Origin: an uncultured Chloroflexia bacterium
Lineage (GTDB): Bacteria > Chloroflexota > Limnocylindria > QHBO01
Assembly: GCA_963783725.1 (NCBI GenBank)
Contig: CAWAOJ010000002.1
Span: 1,789,279 to 1,853,278, forward strand
Length of the DNA: 64,000 bases
Reading direction: 5' to 3'
Part shown: positions 1 through 10,370 of the stretch, one piece after another
How the letters are laid out: every line of letters starts with the position of its first letter
Numbering within the stretch: position 1 is the stretch's first letter
Made by a program: the position numbers and the translations under genes
Notes under the pieces: generated by a model
What the model was told of the DNA's origin: nothing
The model's database searches: none
The model's input: only the letters and a program-made list of their open reading frames with translations

Positions 1-1
1 G

Positions 2-307
2 ATCTCGCGGCTCATCAAGGGCGATCGCATGCCCTCCCTGGGCACCGCCACCAAGCTGGCGCGCGGCCTTCGCGAGATCCTCGACGAGTCCGAGGGACCC
101 GCCTACTTCGCCAGCCTCGCCACGCGCCAGCTGCTGCCCACCACCCGGGTCGAGTACGCCCTGCGGGGCGACGACGTCCTCAGCGAGAGCGACGTGCGTG
201 AGCTGATGCAGGCATACCTCTCCGTCCGTCGCCGCCGCGTCAGCGGCCGCATCGCGAGCGGCGGCGCCGCCGACCGCAGCGCGAACGGCCTGAGCCGCGG
301 GGCGTAG
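2..307 (+). CDS. 5'-truncated CDS; XRE-type helix-turn-helix protein (C-terminal part)
   Basis: Frame 2 is open from the window edge: ISRLIKGDRMPSLGTATKLARGLREI matches the HTH_XRE recognition-helix pattern (G.R.PSL.TL.KLA.AL). Continues to a stop at 307. No start codon in the window, so it is truncated. Confidence 0.4.
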   Translation: MSRLIKGDRMPSLGTATKLARGLREILDESEGPAYFASLATRQLLPTTRVEYALRGDDVLSESDVRELMQAYLSVRRRRVSGRIASGGAADRSANGLSRGA

Positions 308-334
308 GCCGCCCCGCTTTTCTGGCGCGGCCGT

Positions 335-1708
335 CTACGCGGCCGTCCCCGCCTCCTCTCGGACGCCCTCCTCCATCGGCTGATAGGCGTCGTCCACCAG
401 GCGACCGGCGAGGTAATCGTCGTAGGCCGCCATGTCGAAGTGCCCGTGCCCCGACAGGTTGAACAGGATCACCCGCTCCTCTCCCGCCTCGCGCGCCGCC
501 ACCGCCTCGTCGATCGCGGCGCGGATGGCATGCGACGACTCCGGCGCCGGGATGATGCCCTCGGCCTGCGCGAACTGCAGCGCCGCCGCGAAGCACGGGT
601 TCTGCCTGTAGGCGCGAGCCTCGAGGAATCCCAGGTTGTAGAGATGGCTGATCAGCGGTGCCATGCCGTGGTAGCGCAACCCACCGGCGTGGATCGGCGC
701 CGGCCGGAACTCGTGCCCCAGGGTGTGCATCTTGAGCAGCGGTGTCATGCCGATGCTGTCGCCGAAGTCGTAGCGGTACTCGCCCTGGGTCAGGCTCGGG
801 CAGGACGCCGGCTCGACCGCCAGGAAGCGCGTATCGCGCTCGCCGCTGAGGCGCGAACGCAGGAACGGGAACGCGATCCCCGCGAAGTTGGACCCGCCGC
901 CGGCGCAGCCGATCACCACGTCGGGATAGTCGCCCGCCATCTCCATCTGCCGGATCGCCTCCTGCCCGATGACGGTCTGGTGCAGCAGCACGTGGTTGAG
1001 CACCGAGCCCAGCGCGTACTTGGTGTCGTCGCGTCCCGCGGCGACCTCGACCGCCTCCGAGATGGCGATGCCCAGCGACCCGCTTGACTGCGGATCGGCG
1101 GCGAGGATGCTGCGTCCCGCCTGCGTCTCCTGTGACGGCGAGGCGACCACGGTCCCGCCGAAGACCTCGATCATGCTGCGCCGATACGGCTTCTGCTCGT
1201 AGCTGATCTTCACCATGAAGACCTTGGCCTCGAGCCCGAATAGCCGCGTGGCGAAGGCGAGGGCGCTGCCCCACTGCCCGGCGCCCGTCTCGGTCACCAG
1301 GCGCGTCACGCCCTCCTGGGCGTTGTAGTACGCCTGCGCCACCGCCGTGTTCGGCTTGTGCGAGCCCGACGGGCTGACGCCTTCGTACTTGAAGTAGATG
1401 CGCGCCGGCGTGTCGAGCTCCTTCTCGAGGTTCACGGCACGGATCAGCGGCGACGGGCGGTAGATGCGGTACACGTCGCGCACCGGCTCGGGAATCTCGA
1501 TGAACCGCTCGCTGCTGACCTCCTGGCGGATCAGCTCCATCGGGAAGAGCGGCGCCAGGGCCTCAGGCCCAATCGGCTCCCGCGTGGCGGGGTGCAACGG
1601 CGGCGGCAGCGGCACGGGGAGGTCGGCCGCGATGTTGTAGAAGTGCGTCGGAAGCTCGGCCTCGGGGAGAACGAAACGACGCTGGACGGACTGGTCGGAG
1701 GTGGTCAC
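335..1708 (-). CDS. trpB: TrpB2-type tryptophan synthase beta-like PLP-dependent enzyme
   Basis: Intact 457-aa ORF with the long TrpB2-type architecture and PLP-fold motifs (GSHK lysine region, GGGSNFAG glycine loop). AAGGAG RBS 6 nt upstream of the ATG at 1708. Confidence 0.85.
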   Translation of the reverse strand: MTTSDQSVQRRFVLPEAELPTHFYNIAADLPVPLPPPLHPATREPIGPEALAPLFPMELIRQEVSSERFIEIPEPVRDVYRIYRPSPLIRAVNLEKELDTPARIYFKYEGVSPSGSHKPNTAVAQAYYNAQEGVTRLVTETGAGQWGSALAFATRLFGLEAKVFMVKISYEQKPYRRSMIEVFGGTVVASPSQETQAGRSILAADPQSSGSLGIAISEAVEVAAGRDDTKYALGSVLNHVLLHQTVIGQEAIRQMEMAGDYPDVVIGCAGGGSNFAGIAFPFLRSRLSGERDTRFLAVEPASCPSLTQGEYRYDFGDSIGMTPLLKMHTLGHEFRPAPIHAGGLRYHGMAPLISHLYNLGFLEARAYRQNPCFAAALQFAQAEGIIPAPESSHAIRAAIDEAVAAREAGEERVILFNLSGHGHFDMAAYDDYLAGRLVDDAYQPMEEGVREEAGTAA

Positions 1709-1722
1709 CGGTGGCTCCTTTG

Positions 1723-1763
1723 TCGAGAAAACGTCGACCCCTCATCCCAAAGGACGAGGGGTC
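1723..1763 (-). terminator. GC-rich hairpin plus U-tract on the minus strand (intrinsic terminator or attenuator between nfo and trpB2)
   Basis: Perfect 8-bp stem GACCCCTC / GAGGGGTC (1736-1743 and 1756-1763) with a 12-nt loop. On the minus strand it is followed by GACGTTTTCTCG, and the trpB2 RBS follows immediately. Confidence 0.45.
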
Positions 1764-1975
1764 ATCTCGTGGTGCCACCTTTGTTCCCCGCACGGCATGC
1801 CGCGCGAGCTCGTTGCATGGTGCGCCGTGCGTGTCCCGGGTCCATTCACCGCGCTGTGCTGCCGGGGTCTCACTGCTCCCGGCTCCCTGGTGTGGTCAAG
1901 AATCGCGGCTACTCGTTCCGAGCGGCGCCGATCTTCGATTGTGGGTCGGAAGACTGAACGTTCCGCCCGTCGCTG

Positions 1976-2947
1976 TCAAGTCGAGCGGCGCAGCGACTTT
2001 CGGTTGAGCTTGAACGCCTTGGGTGGCAGCGTGGGGAGCTCCATCGCGCCGCCGTACAGCAGCCGCGCGCGGCGCAGGTTGACCGCGTCGTACCCCTCGT
2101 CCACGCCGGGCGTCTCCATCACGAACACCGTACGGCGCAGCCTCGGATCGCGCAGAAATGCGCCCAGCCCAACCGGTCCAATCTGGCCCGCGCCGATGTG
2201 CTCGTGCCGGTCGCTGCGCGAGCCCAGCGCCGATCTCGAGTCGTTGAGGTGGACCAGCGCCAGCCGGTCGAGGCCGATCAGCTCGTCGAAGCGGCCGATC
2301 ACCGCATCGGCGCCGTCGGCGGTCGAGATCTCGTAGCCGGCGCCCCACAGGTGTGCGGTGTCGAGGCAGAACGCCAGCGCGTCCGCGCCGACGCCGACCC
2401 GCTCCTGGATCTCCGCCAGCTGCTCGACCGTGGTGCCGATGTTGTCGCCGCCGCCCGCCGAGTTCTCCAGGACCAGGGTCACGCCGTGGGGCGTCGCGTC
2501 CAGCACGTACCGCACGGAGTCCACCAGGCGCCGCATGCCGGCCTCGTGCCCTTCGCCGCGATGCGAGCCGATGTGCGCGTTCACCAGTCGCGCGCCCCAG
2601 CGCGGCGCGCGCTGCACCTCGTGCACGAGACCATCCCGCGACTGCGTCGCGAACGGCTCCGCCGAACCCGCCAGGTTGATCAGGTAGCTGGCGTGGATCG
2701 CGACGGTCTCGATCCCCTCGCGGGCGCAGAACTCGACGAAGGCGCCGGCGTCGCGCGGCGGCTCGGCTCGGCGTCTCCACGCCGTCGGGTTGTCGCTGAA
2801 GATCTGCAGCGCCGTCGCGCCGATGGCCCTCCCTCGGCGCGCCGTCTTCAGCAGCCCGCCGACCACTCCGAGGTGGATGCCCACCCTGGGCGCCTCCGGG
2901 GGCCAGGTCAGCCGCCGTCGCTCGGGTCGTGCTACCGTGCGGGGCAT
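1976..2947 (-). CDS. nfo: Endonuclease IV (deoxyribonuclease IV, AP endonuclease family 2)
   Basis: 323-aa ORF with Nfo hallmarks: the N-terminal IHLG/HASYLINL region, the HLND..ALGS..DRHEHIG metal-binding block and the LVMETPG C-terminal motif. The true start may lie slightly downstream of 2947. Confidence 0.85.
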   Translation of the reverse strand: MPRTVARPERRRLTWPPEAPRVGIHLGVVGGLLKTARRGRAIGATALQIFSDNPTAWRRRAEPPRDAGAFVEFCAREGIETVAIHASYLINLAGSAEPFATQSRDGLVHEVQRAPRWGARLVNAHIGSHRGEGHEAGMRRLVDSVRYVLDATPHGVTLVLENSAGGGDNIGTTVEQLAEIQERVGVGADALAFCLDTAHLWGAGYEISTADGADAVIGRFDELIGLDRLALVHLNDSRSALGSRSDRHEHIGAGQIGPVGLGAFLRDPRLRRTVFVMETPGVDEGYDAVNLRRARLLYGGAMELPTLPPKAFKLNRKSLRRST

Positions 2948-3074
2948 GCGCCTGCCGGACGAGCCGCGAACCGGCGCCGACCTCCTGACGGTCGCGCTGC
3001 TGGTCTTCTTCCTTTCGCTGATCGTGATCGTCGGGGCGATGCTGATCCTGCCGACGCTCGTGCACTGAGGCTCG

Positions 3075-3668
3075 TCAGCGCCGCTTCCCCCGTCCCTCGT
3101 CCGCCGGCTCGATGAGGCCGTAGTTGCCGTCTGTGCGGCGGTAGAGGACCCCTATCGCGTCGCTCTCCGCGTCGCGGAAGACGAAGAACTCGTGACCGAG
3201 CTCCTCCATCCGCGCGATGGCATCCTCCTCGAACATCGGCTCGATGGCGAAGCGCTTGACCTTCACCACGCTCGGCCTGTCCGATCCGTCGTCCGCAGCC
3301 GCGCCGTCCACGCTGCCCGCTCCCTCGCGCGCAAGGACCGCCTCCAGCTCGTCCGCGTCGCGCAGTCGCGAATCGCGCGGCTTCTCCTTGAGCCGGACGA
3401 CCTGGCGCTCCAGCTTGTCGAGCACCGCGTCAAGTGCGGCGATGGGGCTCGCGCCGGAGGCGGTGGATCGGACCACCTCGCCGTCGTTGACGATGGTCAC
3501 CTCGGCGACGTGCGAGACGTCGTTGGCGCGCGAGGCGTTGGAGATCAGCTCGACGTCGGCCGCGGCGTCGGGATGAGTGATGCGGTTCAGTCGGCGCAGC
3601 TTCCGGTCGATCTGGCCGCGAAGGTGATCGCTGAGCTCGAGGTTCCTGGCCTTGACGGTGGTTCGCAC
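3075..3668 (-). CDS. hpf: Ribosome hibernation-promoting factor (long HPF/RaiA)
   Basis: GTG start at 3668 preceded by GGGGAGG. The sequence from VRTTVKARNLELSDHLRGQIDRKL to the C-terminal dimerisation region (FAIEPMFEEDAIARMEELGHEFFVFRD) is typical long-form HPF. The 141 residues upstream in the same ORF are Arg/Pro-rich and overlap comFC, so they are not counted as coding. Confidence 0.85.
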   Translation of the reverse strand: MRTTVKARNLELSDHLRGQIDRKLRRLNRITHPDAAADVELISNASRANDVSHVAEVTIVNDGEVVRSTASGASPIAALDAVLDKLERQVVRLKEKPRDSRLRDADELEAVLAREGAGSVDGAAADDGSDRPSVVKVKRFAIEPMFEEDAIARMEELGHEFFVFRDAESDAIGVLYRRTDGNYGLIEPADEGRGKRR

Positions 3669-3745
3669 GGCCCTTGCCTCCCCTTCGAAGCGGTTGGTCT
3701 CCCATGGTACCGCCGCCGGCGCGCGGGGCAGCAGGGCCGGTCGGC

Positions 3746-4397
3746 CTAAACCTCGCGCGCGATCGCGAAGCCGAACACGTGTTCCGCACCTGCGGCGCGC
3801 AGCGTCGCAGCGCACGCCTCCAGCGTCGCGGACGTGGTGAGGATGTCGTCGACCACGATCACCGTCGGCGGTGGCCGGGCGGACGAAGCCGGCACGAACG
3901 CGTCGCGCAGGTTGCGCAGGCGTTCGGCCCTGTTGAGCCGGTGCTGCCGGGTGGTCGCCACCTGCCGGCGCAGCAGGGGTCGCACCTCCATCCGCCGCTG
4001 CCGACCGATGTGAGCAGCGAGCAGCGCCGCCTGGTTGTAGCCGCGCTCCCGCTCCCGCTCGGGGTGAAGCGGAACCGGGATCAGCACGCATCGGGCGCTG
4101 ACCGCGGCCAGCACGTCGAAGGCGGGCAGCGCGGCCCGCGCCAGCGAGGTGGCAACGCGGACCATTCCGCCGTACTTCAGCCGCTGCAGCGCTCGCCGCA
4201 GCGCACCTTCATACGCGAACGCCGCCACCGCCAGCTCGAGCGCGTCTCCGACCACCACGCCGGCGTCGGGGGCATAGAACCGGTCGTCCGCGCACCCGGG
4301 GCGTCGCATGAGCCCGACGCACGCCCGGCACATCACGTGCTCCAGTTCGCCCACACGAGGCGCAGGCCGGAGGAAGAAGGATGTCGAGGAGCGCCAT
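3746..4397 (-). CDS. comFC: ComF family protein (ComFC, phosphoribosyltransferase domain); apparent frameshift near 4330
   Basis: The canonical ComFC N-terminus MALLDILLPPACASCGRTG (zinc-ribbon motif) is in one frame (ORF 4209..4397). The remainder (CRAC second Cys pair, then the PRTase motif VIVVDDILTTSATL) is in ORF 3746..4354. Gene order comFC-hpf is conserved in many bacteria. Confidence 0.7.
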
Positions 4398-4425
4398 CTC
4401 GGCGCCTAGTCTGCGGCCGAGACCG

Positions 4426-4752
4426 CTACCAAGCGCTTACGCGGGCGTTATCGAGAGCTGGTCTCCGGGCTGGGTGCCGGTCGGGGCGAGGGCTCCCGGC
4501 CCGGAGCTCGAGGCAATCGCGCGCGCCCCATGCCCACGGCACGATCCGCCATGGCTTGAGCTCGTGGACGACCTTCGTCACGCGCAGCGTCTTGTCGAAG
4601 AAGACGACGTCGATCGGGTAGCGCATGAAGAACATGTGGATGGAGCTGGTCCGCTCGATGAGCAGACCCTCGCCGGGTAGCACCTCCGGCGTCGAAAGCA
4701 GGCCCGACGACCCGATCGCGCATGGAGGAAGCAACCCGAGCGCGATCGGCAA
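4426..4752 (-). CDS. DUF192 domain protein
   Basis: 108-aa ORF carrying the DUF192 signature FMRYPIDVVFFDKTLRV...PW. Confidence 0.55.
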   Translation of the reverse strand: MPIALGLLPPCAIGSSGLLSTPEVLPGEGLLIERTSSIHMFFMRYPIDVVFFDKTLRVTKVVHELKPWRIVPWAWGARDCLELRAGSPRPDRHPARRPALDNARVSAW

Positions 4753-4794
4753 TCGTCGCGTCGCGCGTCACGTTACGGACCGCGACATTCGTAC

Positions 4795-6585
4795 CTACTG
4801 ACACGCTCCCCCAACGAGCACGCACGGTTCTATGAGATAGGGGAAGCCGTCACCCACGCCCTCGTACGTCTGCGTGACGTTGGTGCCACCGTTGAACGTG
4901 AACGTCCACGAGATGAGCTGACCGATGCCGTCGTGCTGAGGCTGCCCGGCGACCGCAACATTATCGTTGGGCGCGTAGGTCACGCCCCGCCAAGAGAGCC
5001 CGGCACCGGAGTTCACCGCGATCACGTTGGTTCCACCCGGTGCCGCGATCCCGGCCTGAGTGGGTTTGAGGACGTAGAGGGCGATACCGACCCCATTGAT
5101 GGCCGGATTGTTCTGAAGCGACGAGTCGTATAGCCACTTTCCGCCAACATTGCGGTAGGTGCTGATCCCTTTCGTGGTCCAAGCGCCGAGCGGTTGTGCG
5201 ATGCCACCGTTGGCGAGCCCCCGGTTGATGTCCATGACGCCGCCGCTGTTCGGCGAAAATTGTCCGTTCGACCCGTCGGGGCGGATCACGATCGTTACGC
5301 CGTCAGCGACGATTAGCGCGCTGTTTCCGACGTTGATCTTTCCGGTGATGTACACGATTCCGGCCTGCTGCGTCAGCGGGACATCGGTTTCGGTTGTCGC
5401 GTCGAACACGTTGGTCCGCTGCCGGTTTCCGGAGAAGATGAGGCACTTGCTGCCCGCCACGGTAACGTCGTCATACCAGCCTGGGCCCGCAACGGGCGAG
5501 TCTGAAGAGCACGTGGCGCCGGTGACCGACCCGGGATCGCTGTTGGTGATGTTCAGATCGTTGGTACCGGGCCCGCTGCTTGGCGTACTCACCGACTTCG
5601 GGATATCCAGGAATGGGCTCGCGTTGTCGATTGGCCCCGCTGGCCAGGTTGCCGCCACATTCATCGGCGGCGGCGCATAGTTCGGGTCGGCGACGAACGC
5701 CGGCAGTTTCTTGGCGCTTACTGTCGCGCCGCCGCCGTCAACAATCTGGCCCGGCGACCAGCACGAGCTGCCACACGAGATGTAGTCGCTCAAGTAGACG
5801 TTTACGGCGTCTCCGCCAGTGCCCTGCAGCACCAACCGGGAGCCGGCGCCGGGCATCTTCATACCGTAATTGCCGCCGATGTCGCCATCAACGACCGTCA
5901 GACTCGATCCGGTGCCCGCAATCTTGATGTCAGTCGTGTTGCCTGGCCCGGAATCGATGTCCGCGCCGTTCTTCCCTCGCCGCAGCGTGATGACGGCATA
6001 CCGATTCGGGAAGATTCCCGCCGTGGACCACGTGCCGACCGTGAATCCGTTCGGAACGAAGATCTTACCGAAGAAAGTGTCCCGCTGCCGTTCGGCTCGC
6101 ACGAACATGACGCCGTTCGCCGAACCGACGGTGCTCATGGCCGCCGCGGCGCCAGACCCGTTCGGGGGCGTCGATACCCAGATGTGATAGGAATCGGCCG
6201 CGCACGTCGTCGGAGCGGCACACTGGCCCGCGGCTGGCGTGTTCACGCCGGCGAATGCTGCAATGTCAGCTGCCGAAAGGCCGAGGTTGAGGTGATCGTT
6301 CAGGTAGGTCCAGGAGGCAGTGCGTGCGCACAGGGTCTTGGGCCCCGCTCCGGGAACGTCCCCGCAGGTGCCGCTGTTCAGCGGTCGGGTGAGGTAGGCC
6401 GCGCCGGCAAGCGCTGCCGCATCCGTCGCGTTCTGGTAGTCGCGTCGTGCGACGTACAGGCCGCCCACGTCCACGGTGAGTGCAGCGAACCCAACGAAGG
6501 CGATCATGCTGAACGCAAAGATGATCAGGATCTGGCCGCGCTGATCGCCTGGAGCTCCCCCGGCCCTCGTACGCCTTGCGAACAT
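4795..6585 (-). CDS. TadG-like putative Flp-pilus assembly/pseudopilin protein with large Gly/Thr/Asn-rich extracellular region
   Basis: Starts MFARRTRAGGAPGDQRGQILIIFAFSMIAFVGFAALTVDVGGLY, which is the TadE/G-like N-terminal domain (PF13400-type). About 500 aa of G/T/N/S-rich repeats follow. The ATG at 6585 overlaps the stop of the upstream tadE-like gene (ATGA), suggesting translational coupling. The N-terminal 111 residues of the raw ORF overlap the tadE gene and are rejected. Confidence 0.6.
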   Translation of the reverse strand: MFARRTRAGGAPGDQRGQILIIFAFSMIAFVGFAALTVDVGGLYVARRDYQNATDAAALAGAAYLTRPLNSGTCGDVPGAGPKTLCARTASWTYLNDHLNLGLSAADIAAFAGVNTPAAGQCAAPTTCAADSYHIWVSTPPNGSGAAAAMSTVGSANGVMFVRAERQRDTFFGKIFVPNGFTVGTWSTAGIFPNRYAVITLRRGKNGADIDSGPGNTTDIKIAGTGSSLTVVDGDIGGNYGMKMPGAGSRLVLQGTGGDAVNVYLSDYISCGSSCWSPGQIVDGGGATVSAKKLPAFVADPNYAPPPMNVAATWPAGPIDNASPFLDIPKSVSTPSSGPGTNDLNITNSDPGSVTGATCSSDSPVAGPGWYDDVTVAGSKCLIFSGNRQRTNVFDATTETDVPLTQQAGIVYITGKINVGNSALIVADGVTIVIRPDGSNGQFSPNSGGVMDINRGLANGGIAQPLGAWTTKGISTYRNVGGKWLYDSSLQNNPAINGVGIALYVLKPTQAGIAAPGGTNVIAVNSGAGLSWRGVTYAPNDNVAVAGQPQHDGIGQLISWTFTFNGGTNVTQTYEGVGDGFPYLIEPCVLVGGACQ

Positions 6586-7142
6586 CAGCAGTTGACCGTG
6601 GTCGTGATGCCCGGATCGGTGGTCAGGGTGGGATTCTCGACCCTCATCCCCTCGGTTGCTCCCAGCCGGAAGCGACTGTCGGCTGCGCCGTCGAGGCCGT
6701 CGATGATGGCACTCACGATTGGCACCAGGAGCGGATGCTTGTACTCGACGTGCACCGTCATGCGCACCGAGTACGTCGCCGTGCCGGAGTGGGGATCGGT
6801 GTACGAATCCAACGTCACGTATGTCGCACCGCCGGTCACCACGTTCGATGAGGTGTAGCCCGGCACGCGACTCATGGCATTCGGATTGGTGCCGCCCGTT
6901 CCGAGGAGGTAGTTGCACACGTTCGTGCCACTCGAGCTGGCCGCCGGCGCGTCGCTCACGGGCGACGTTGATCCGTACCGGGCGGCCTCGCGGACGGCGT
7001 TGACCACGCCGATCTGGCCCGAAAACAGGAATCCGAACTGGATGATCCCCATGAGGATCAACAGCGCAATCGGAAGGACGAGGGCGAATTCGACCATCGC
7101 CTGTCCGTCTGCTTCGCGGCGACGTCTGATCAGGCTGAACAT
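6585..7142 (-). CDS. tadE: TadE-like pseudopilin
   Basis: 185 aa with the TadE/TadF N-terminal motif GQAMVEFALVLPIALLILMGIIQFG (PF07811-type). Confidence 0.7.
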   Translation of the reverse strand: MFSLIRRRREADGQAMVEFALVLPIALLILMGIIQFGFLFSGQIGVVNAVREAARYGSTSPVSDAPAASSSGTNVCNYLLGTGGTNPNAMSRVPGYTSSNVVTGGATYVTLDSYTDPHSGTATYSVRMTVHVEYKHPLLVPIVSAIIDGLDGAADSRFRLGATEGMRVENPTLTTDPGITTTVNC

Positions 7143-7209
7143 GTCTTGCTTGGTACCTAGTGCGGTAGATCGATGCTATGGGGACCGACCTTGCGTCGAC
7201 CCTTGCAGA

Positions 7210-8731
7210 CTAGGTATCCAGTGGTGCGCGGTCGGTAGTACGTTCGTCCTGCTCGTCCGATCGCTCCGCGGGAAGCTCTATCGTGACGGTCGTACCAACC
7301 CCCGGCCGCGAGGTCAACGAAACCTCGCCCGCCATGGCCCTGACGAGACCGCGGGCCGCGTGCAGGCCGATCCCGCTCCCGTCCGGCGCCAGCCGGCGTG
7401 CGGTATCGGCACGGAAGAACTGCTCGAACGCGCGGCGCTGCTCATTGCTGCTCATTCCCGCGCCGCGATCGGCCACGCTCACACGTCCGCGGAAGCCCGC
7501 GGGATCCGCCAGCGATCCGATGGTGACCTCGACAGGACTGCCGGGCTGGCTGTATTTCACCGCGTTGTCGAGCAGCGCCCACATCACCTGCTCGAAGCGA
7601 TCGGGGTCCGCAAGCAGCAGATGTGGCGGGCCGTCGACCGTCAGAGAGAAGGATCGATCCGAGCGCAGCGCCGCCCATGCCCGGCGAATGATCGGCTCCG
7701 GGCGGAAGACCTCCTGCGAGGGCCGAAGCGCGCCTGCCTCGAGGCGCGAGGCTGCCAGCAGCTGACCGACCATGCGCCGCAGCCGATCGGCCTGGAAGGA
7801 GATCATCTCGAGGTCTGCGCTCGAGGTACCGTCGGTCGCGGTCGCCCGCAGCTCATCCGCGAGCGCGCGGATGCTGGTGAGGGGAGTCTGCAGGTCGTGC
7901 GTGACCCCGCGGAGGAAATCACGCTGGACCTCGCCCAGGCGCAACAGCTCGGCGGCCTGTCCTTCGACTCGGCGATACAGGATGGCGTGCTCGATCGCCG
8001 TCGCCGCATGCTCGGCAAGGACGGTCAACATGTCGAGGGTGGCGGCTGACGGCTCGGACCGCCCTTCGCGCGGCGAGATGAGGATGGCGCGCAGCTCGTC
8101 CCCCGAGGCGACGTCCACGACCAGAAATGCACCCCACGGCCCTTCGACCTGGCGCACCGGCGCGTCGCCAGTCACGGCCGCCCAGCGATGCACTTCGAGC
8201 AGCGGTACGGGCGCCGGCCCTGCTCAGCGGCGTAGACGCCCGGCGGGAGCAGCTCCGGATCCGAGGCGAGGAGCACCGCCAGCGACCAGGTCGGATCGCC
8301 GGTGACGGCCACGGTGGTCGCGACGACATCGGTCGCCACGGCCGTTGGCCCCCTCGTGATCGCGGCTTCGCGTGCACTGCGAGCGAGCAGCGCGATCTGA
8401 CGGTTCCGCTCTTCCAGGGCCGCTCCCGCGCGTCGCAGCGCTTCGCTCGGCGCGGCGTCGGCCTGTTCCGATGACAACGGCCCTTGCTCGGCGAGCTCCA
8501 GGAGCGAGCGCAGCTCGCCGCCGAGAAGCCGCGCGCCGACGATCGCCACGATGACCGACCATCCGATCGCTACGACCGTCACGGCGAGCAGGACCGTGCC
8601 CGCGCCGTATCGGTCGAGAATGTCGGGCGCAACCGAGGTGATCGTGGCGAAGACCACCAGGGGTGGCAGCGTGACGACGAGGAGCACGCCAAGCAGTCGC
8701 AGTGACGGGCGGCCCAGGTCCACGGGTATCA
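7210..8731 (-). CDS. Sensor histidine kinase (2 TM - GAF - HisKA - HATPase_c); apparent frameshift near 8200
   Basis: The N-terminal TM pair and start of the GAF domain are in ORF 8172..9146 (residues after the response-regulator stop). The rest of GAF plus HisKA (RDFLRGVTHDLQTPLTSI) and the ATP-binding domain (GSGIGL) are in ORF 7210..8193. The two pieces join across GGCCGGCGCC around 8200-8215. Confidence 0.7.
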
Positions 8732-8741
8732 GGAGGTGACG

Positions 8742-9441
8742 GCCGCCTCGCGTCCCGTCGCGAGCCGGTAGCCGACCCCGCGCTCGGTCAGGAGGTAGCG
8801 CGGCCGATCCGGATCGACTTCTAGCTTCCGCCGGAGGCGGCGGACGGTGACCCAGACATACGAGGGATCGGCTCCGTCCGCGTCGGACCATACTCGGTCC
8901 AGCAGTGTCTCGGTCGGAACGGTGCGGTCGAGCGACGCCGATCAGGATCTGCAGGAACCTGGTCTCGACCGGCGTCAGCGTGGCGCTGCCGGCCGAGGTG
9001 GAGACGCCGCTTGCTGGCCAGATCGATCTCGAGCTCGTCGTCGATGGTGATCGTGGAGCGCCCCGACGACGTGCGCCGCAGCACCCTCTGCACGCGGGCG
9101 ACGAGCTCATCGGGGTCGAACGGCTTGGTGATGTAGTCCTCGGCATAGTCCTCGAGCGCGCGAACCTTCGATTCCGATGCGTCCACCGCGGACAGCACGA
9201 TGATCGGCAGATCCGCCATGCGCTTGATTCGACGGCAGAGCTCGAAGCCGTCCATCCCGGGCATCATCAGGTCGGCCACGATCAGCGCCGGCCAGCCCTT
9301 CTCGAGAACCGAGAGCGCCGCGTAGCCGGAAGGAGCGGTGCGAACGTCGTAGCCCTCGCGGGTCATCCGACGCGCGAGGACGGAGAGAAGGGCCGAGTCA
9401 TCGTCGACCAGCAGGATCGCCGGCCGGATCGCCGGCAACAC
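8742..9441 (-). CDS. OmpR-family response regulator; coding sequence split over three frames (2 apparent frameshifts)
   Basis: Receiver domain (ILLVDDD...DLMMPGMDG...KPF) is in ORF 8821..9441. The winged-helix segment LTPVETRFLQILIG is in a second frame. The C-terminus YVWVTVRRLRRKLEVDPDRPRYLLTERGVGYRLATGR is in a third frame and ends about 8745. Confidence 0.7.
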
Positions 9442-9442
9442 C

Positions 9443-10364
9443 TCAGCTTCCCAGTCCGCCGCCCATGACGGCGATGACGGCCGGCCCGAGGATGACGATG
9501 AAGATCGTCGGGAAGATGCAGCCGACCATGGGGAAGAGCATCTTCACCGGTGCCTTGGCCGCGGCCTCCTCGGCGCGCTGGCGGCGCTCGATGCGCAGCT
9601 GCTGCGACTGGATCTGGAGCACCTTCGCGATCGGCACGCCGAGCTGCTCGGCCTGGACGATGGCGCCGATGAAGTTCGTGACCGGCTGCGCGTCGGCGCG
9701 GTTGGCCACGTCCCGCAGCGCGTCGCGACGGGTGCGGCCCATGCGGACCTCGGCGAGCGCCTGGCGGAACTCGTTGACGAGCGGGCCCTCCATCTTCTCG
9801 ACGACCTTGGCGAGCGCGGCGTCGAAGCCGAGGCCCGCCTCCACGGAGATGGTGAGCAGGTCGAGCGCATCCGGAAGCTGGAGAACCATCTCCATCCCCC
9901 GCGCCCGGATCTTGCGCCCCAGCCAGAACTCCGGGGCCATGAATCCGATCGGCAACCCGAGCAGGCCGAAGAGCAAGCCGCCCGCGGGGCCGGCAATGAG
10001 GCTGAGCAACAGGAAGAAGATGACCGCGAGCGCGATCGCGCCGAGCAGCTTGACCCCCATCCAATCGGCGCCGCGGAGGCCGCCGGGATACCCGGCCCTC
10101 TCGAGCTTCGCGTCGGTGCGGGCGATGACGCCGCCCTCGTCGCGCCCCCGACGCCCGATATGCGACAGCCGCTTGACGAGGGGTCGGAGGACGCGCTCGC
10201 CGAACGGCTGCTGCAGCTCGTACTCCTCCAGAGTCTTCGGCTGGACGACGAGCTGTTCGAGCCGCGCCTGGACCGCATCCTTCTGCGGTCGCGCCGCAAC
10301 GCCGAACGGTGATGAGCAGGACGGCGACGGCGGCGACGACGGCGATAAGGATCTCTGGCTGCAT
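9443..10364 (-). CDS. tadC: Flp pilus assembly protein TadC (T2SS-F domain); apparent frameshift near 10300
   Basis: Start MQPEILIAVVAAVAVLLI at 10364. After a one-base shift the frame of ORF 9443..10060 continues (PFGVAARPQKDAVQARLEQL...MGVKLLGAIALAVIFFLLL...) through a T2SSF domain to a stop at 9443. Confidence 0.7.
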
Positions 10365-10370
10365 GCTCGC

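Noticed and set aside
240-1274. Long ORFs in alternative frames or on the opposite strand of real genes. Examples: 240..1274, 1896..3065, 3674..4621, 9465..10814, 11610..12854, 13173..14207, 16796..17869, 19637..20230, 20667..22070, 53294..54607.
   Set aside because: Arg/Ala/Pro/Gly-rich, low-complexity translations typical of shadow ORFs in about 70% GC DNA. Each overlaps a gene with clear domain content on the other strand or frame. Parts of a few (for example 53294..54607 and 20667..22070) do contain short real segments of frameshifted genes and are used only for that.
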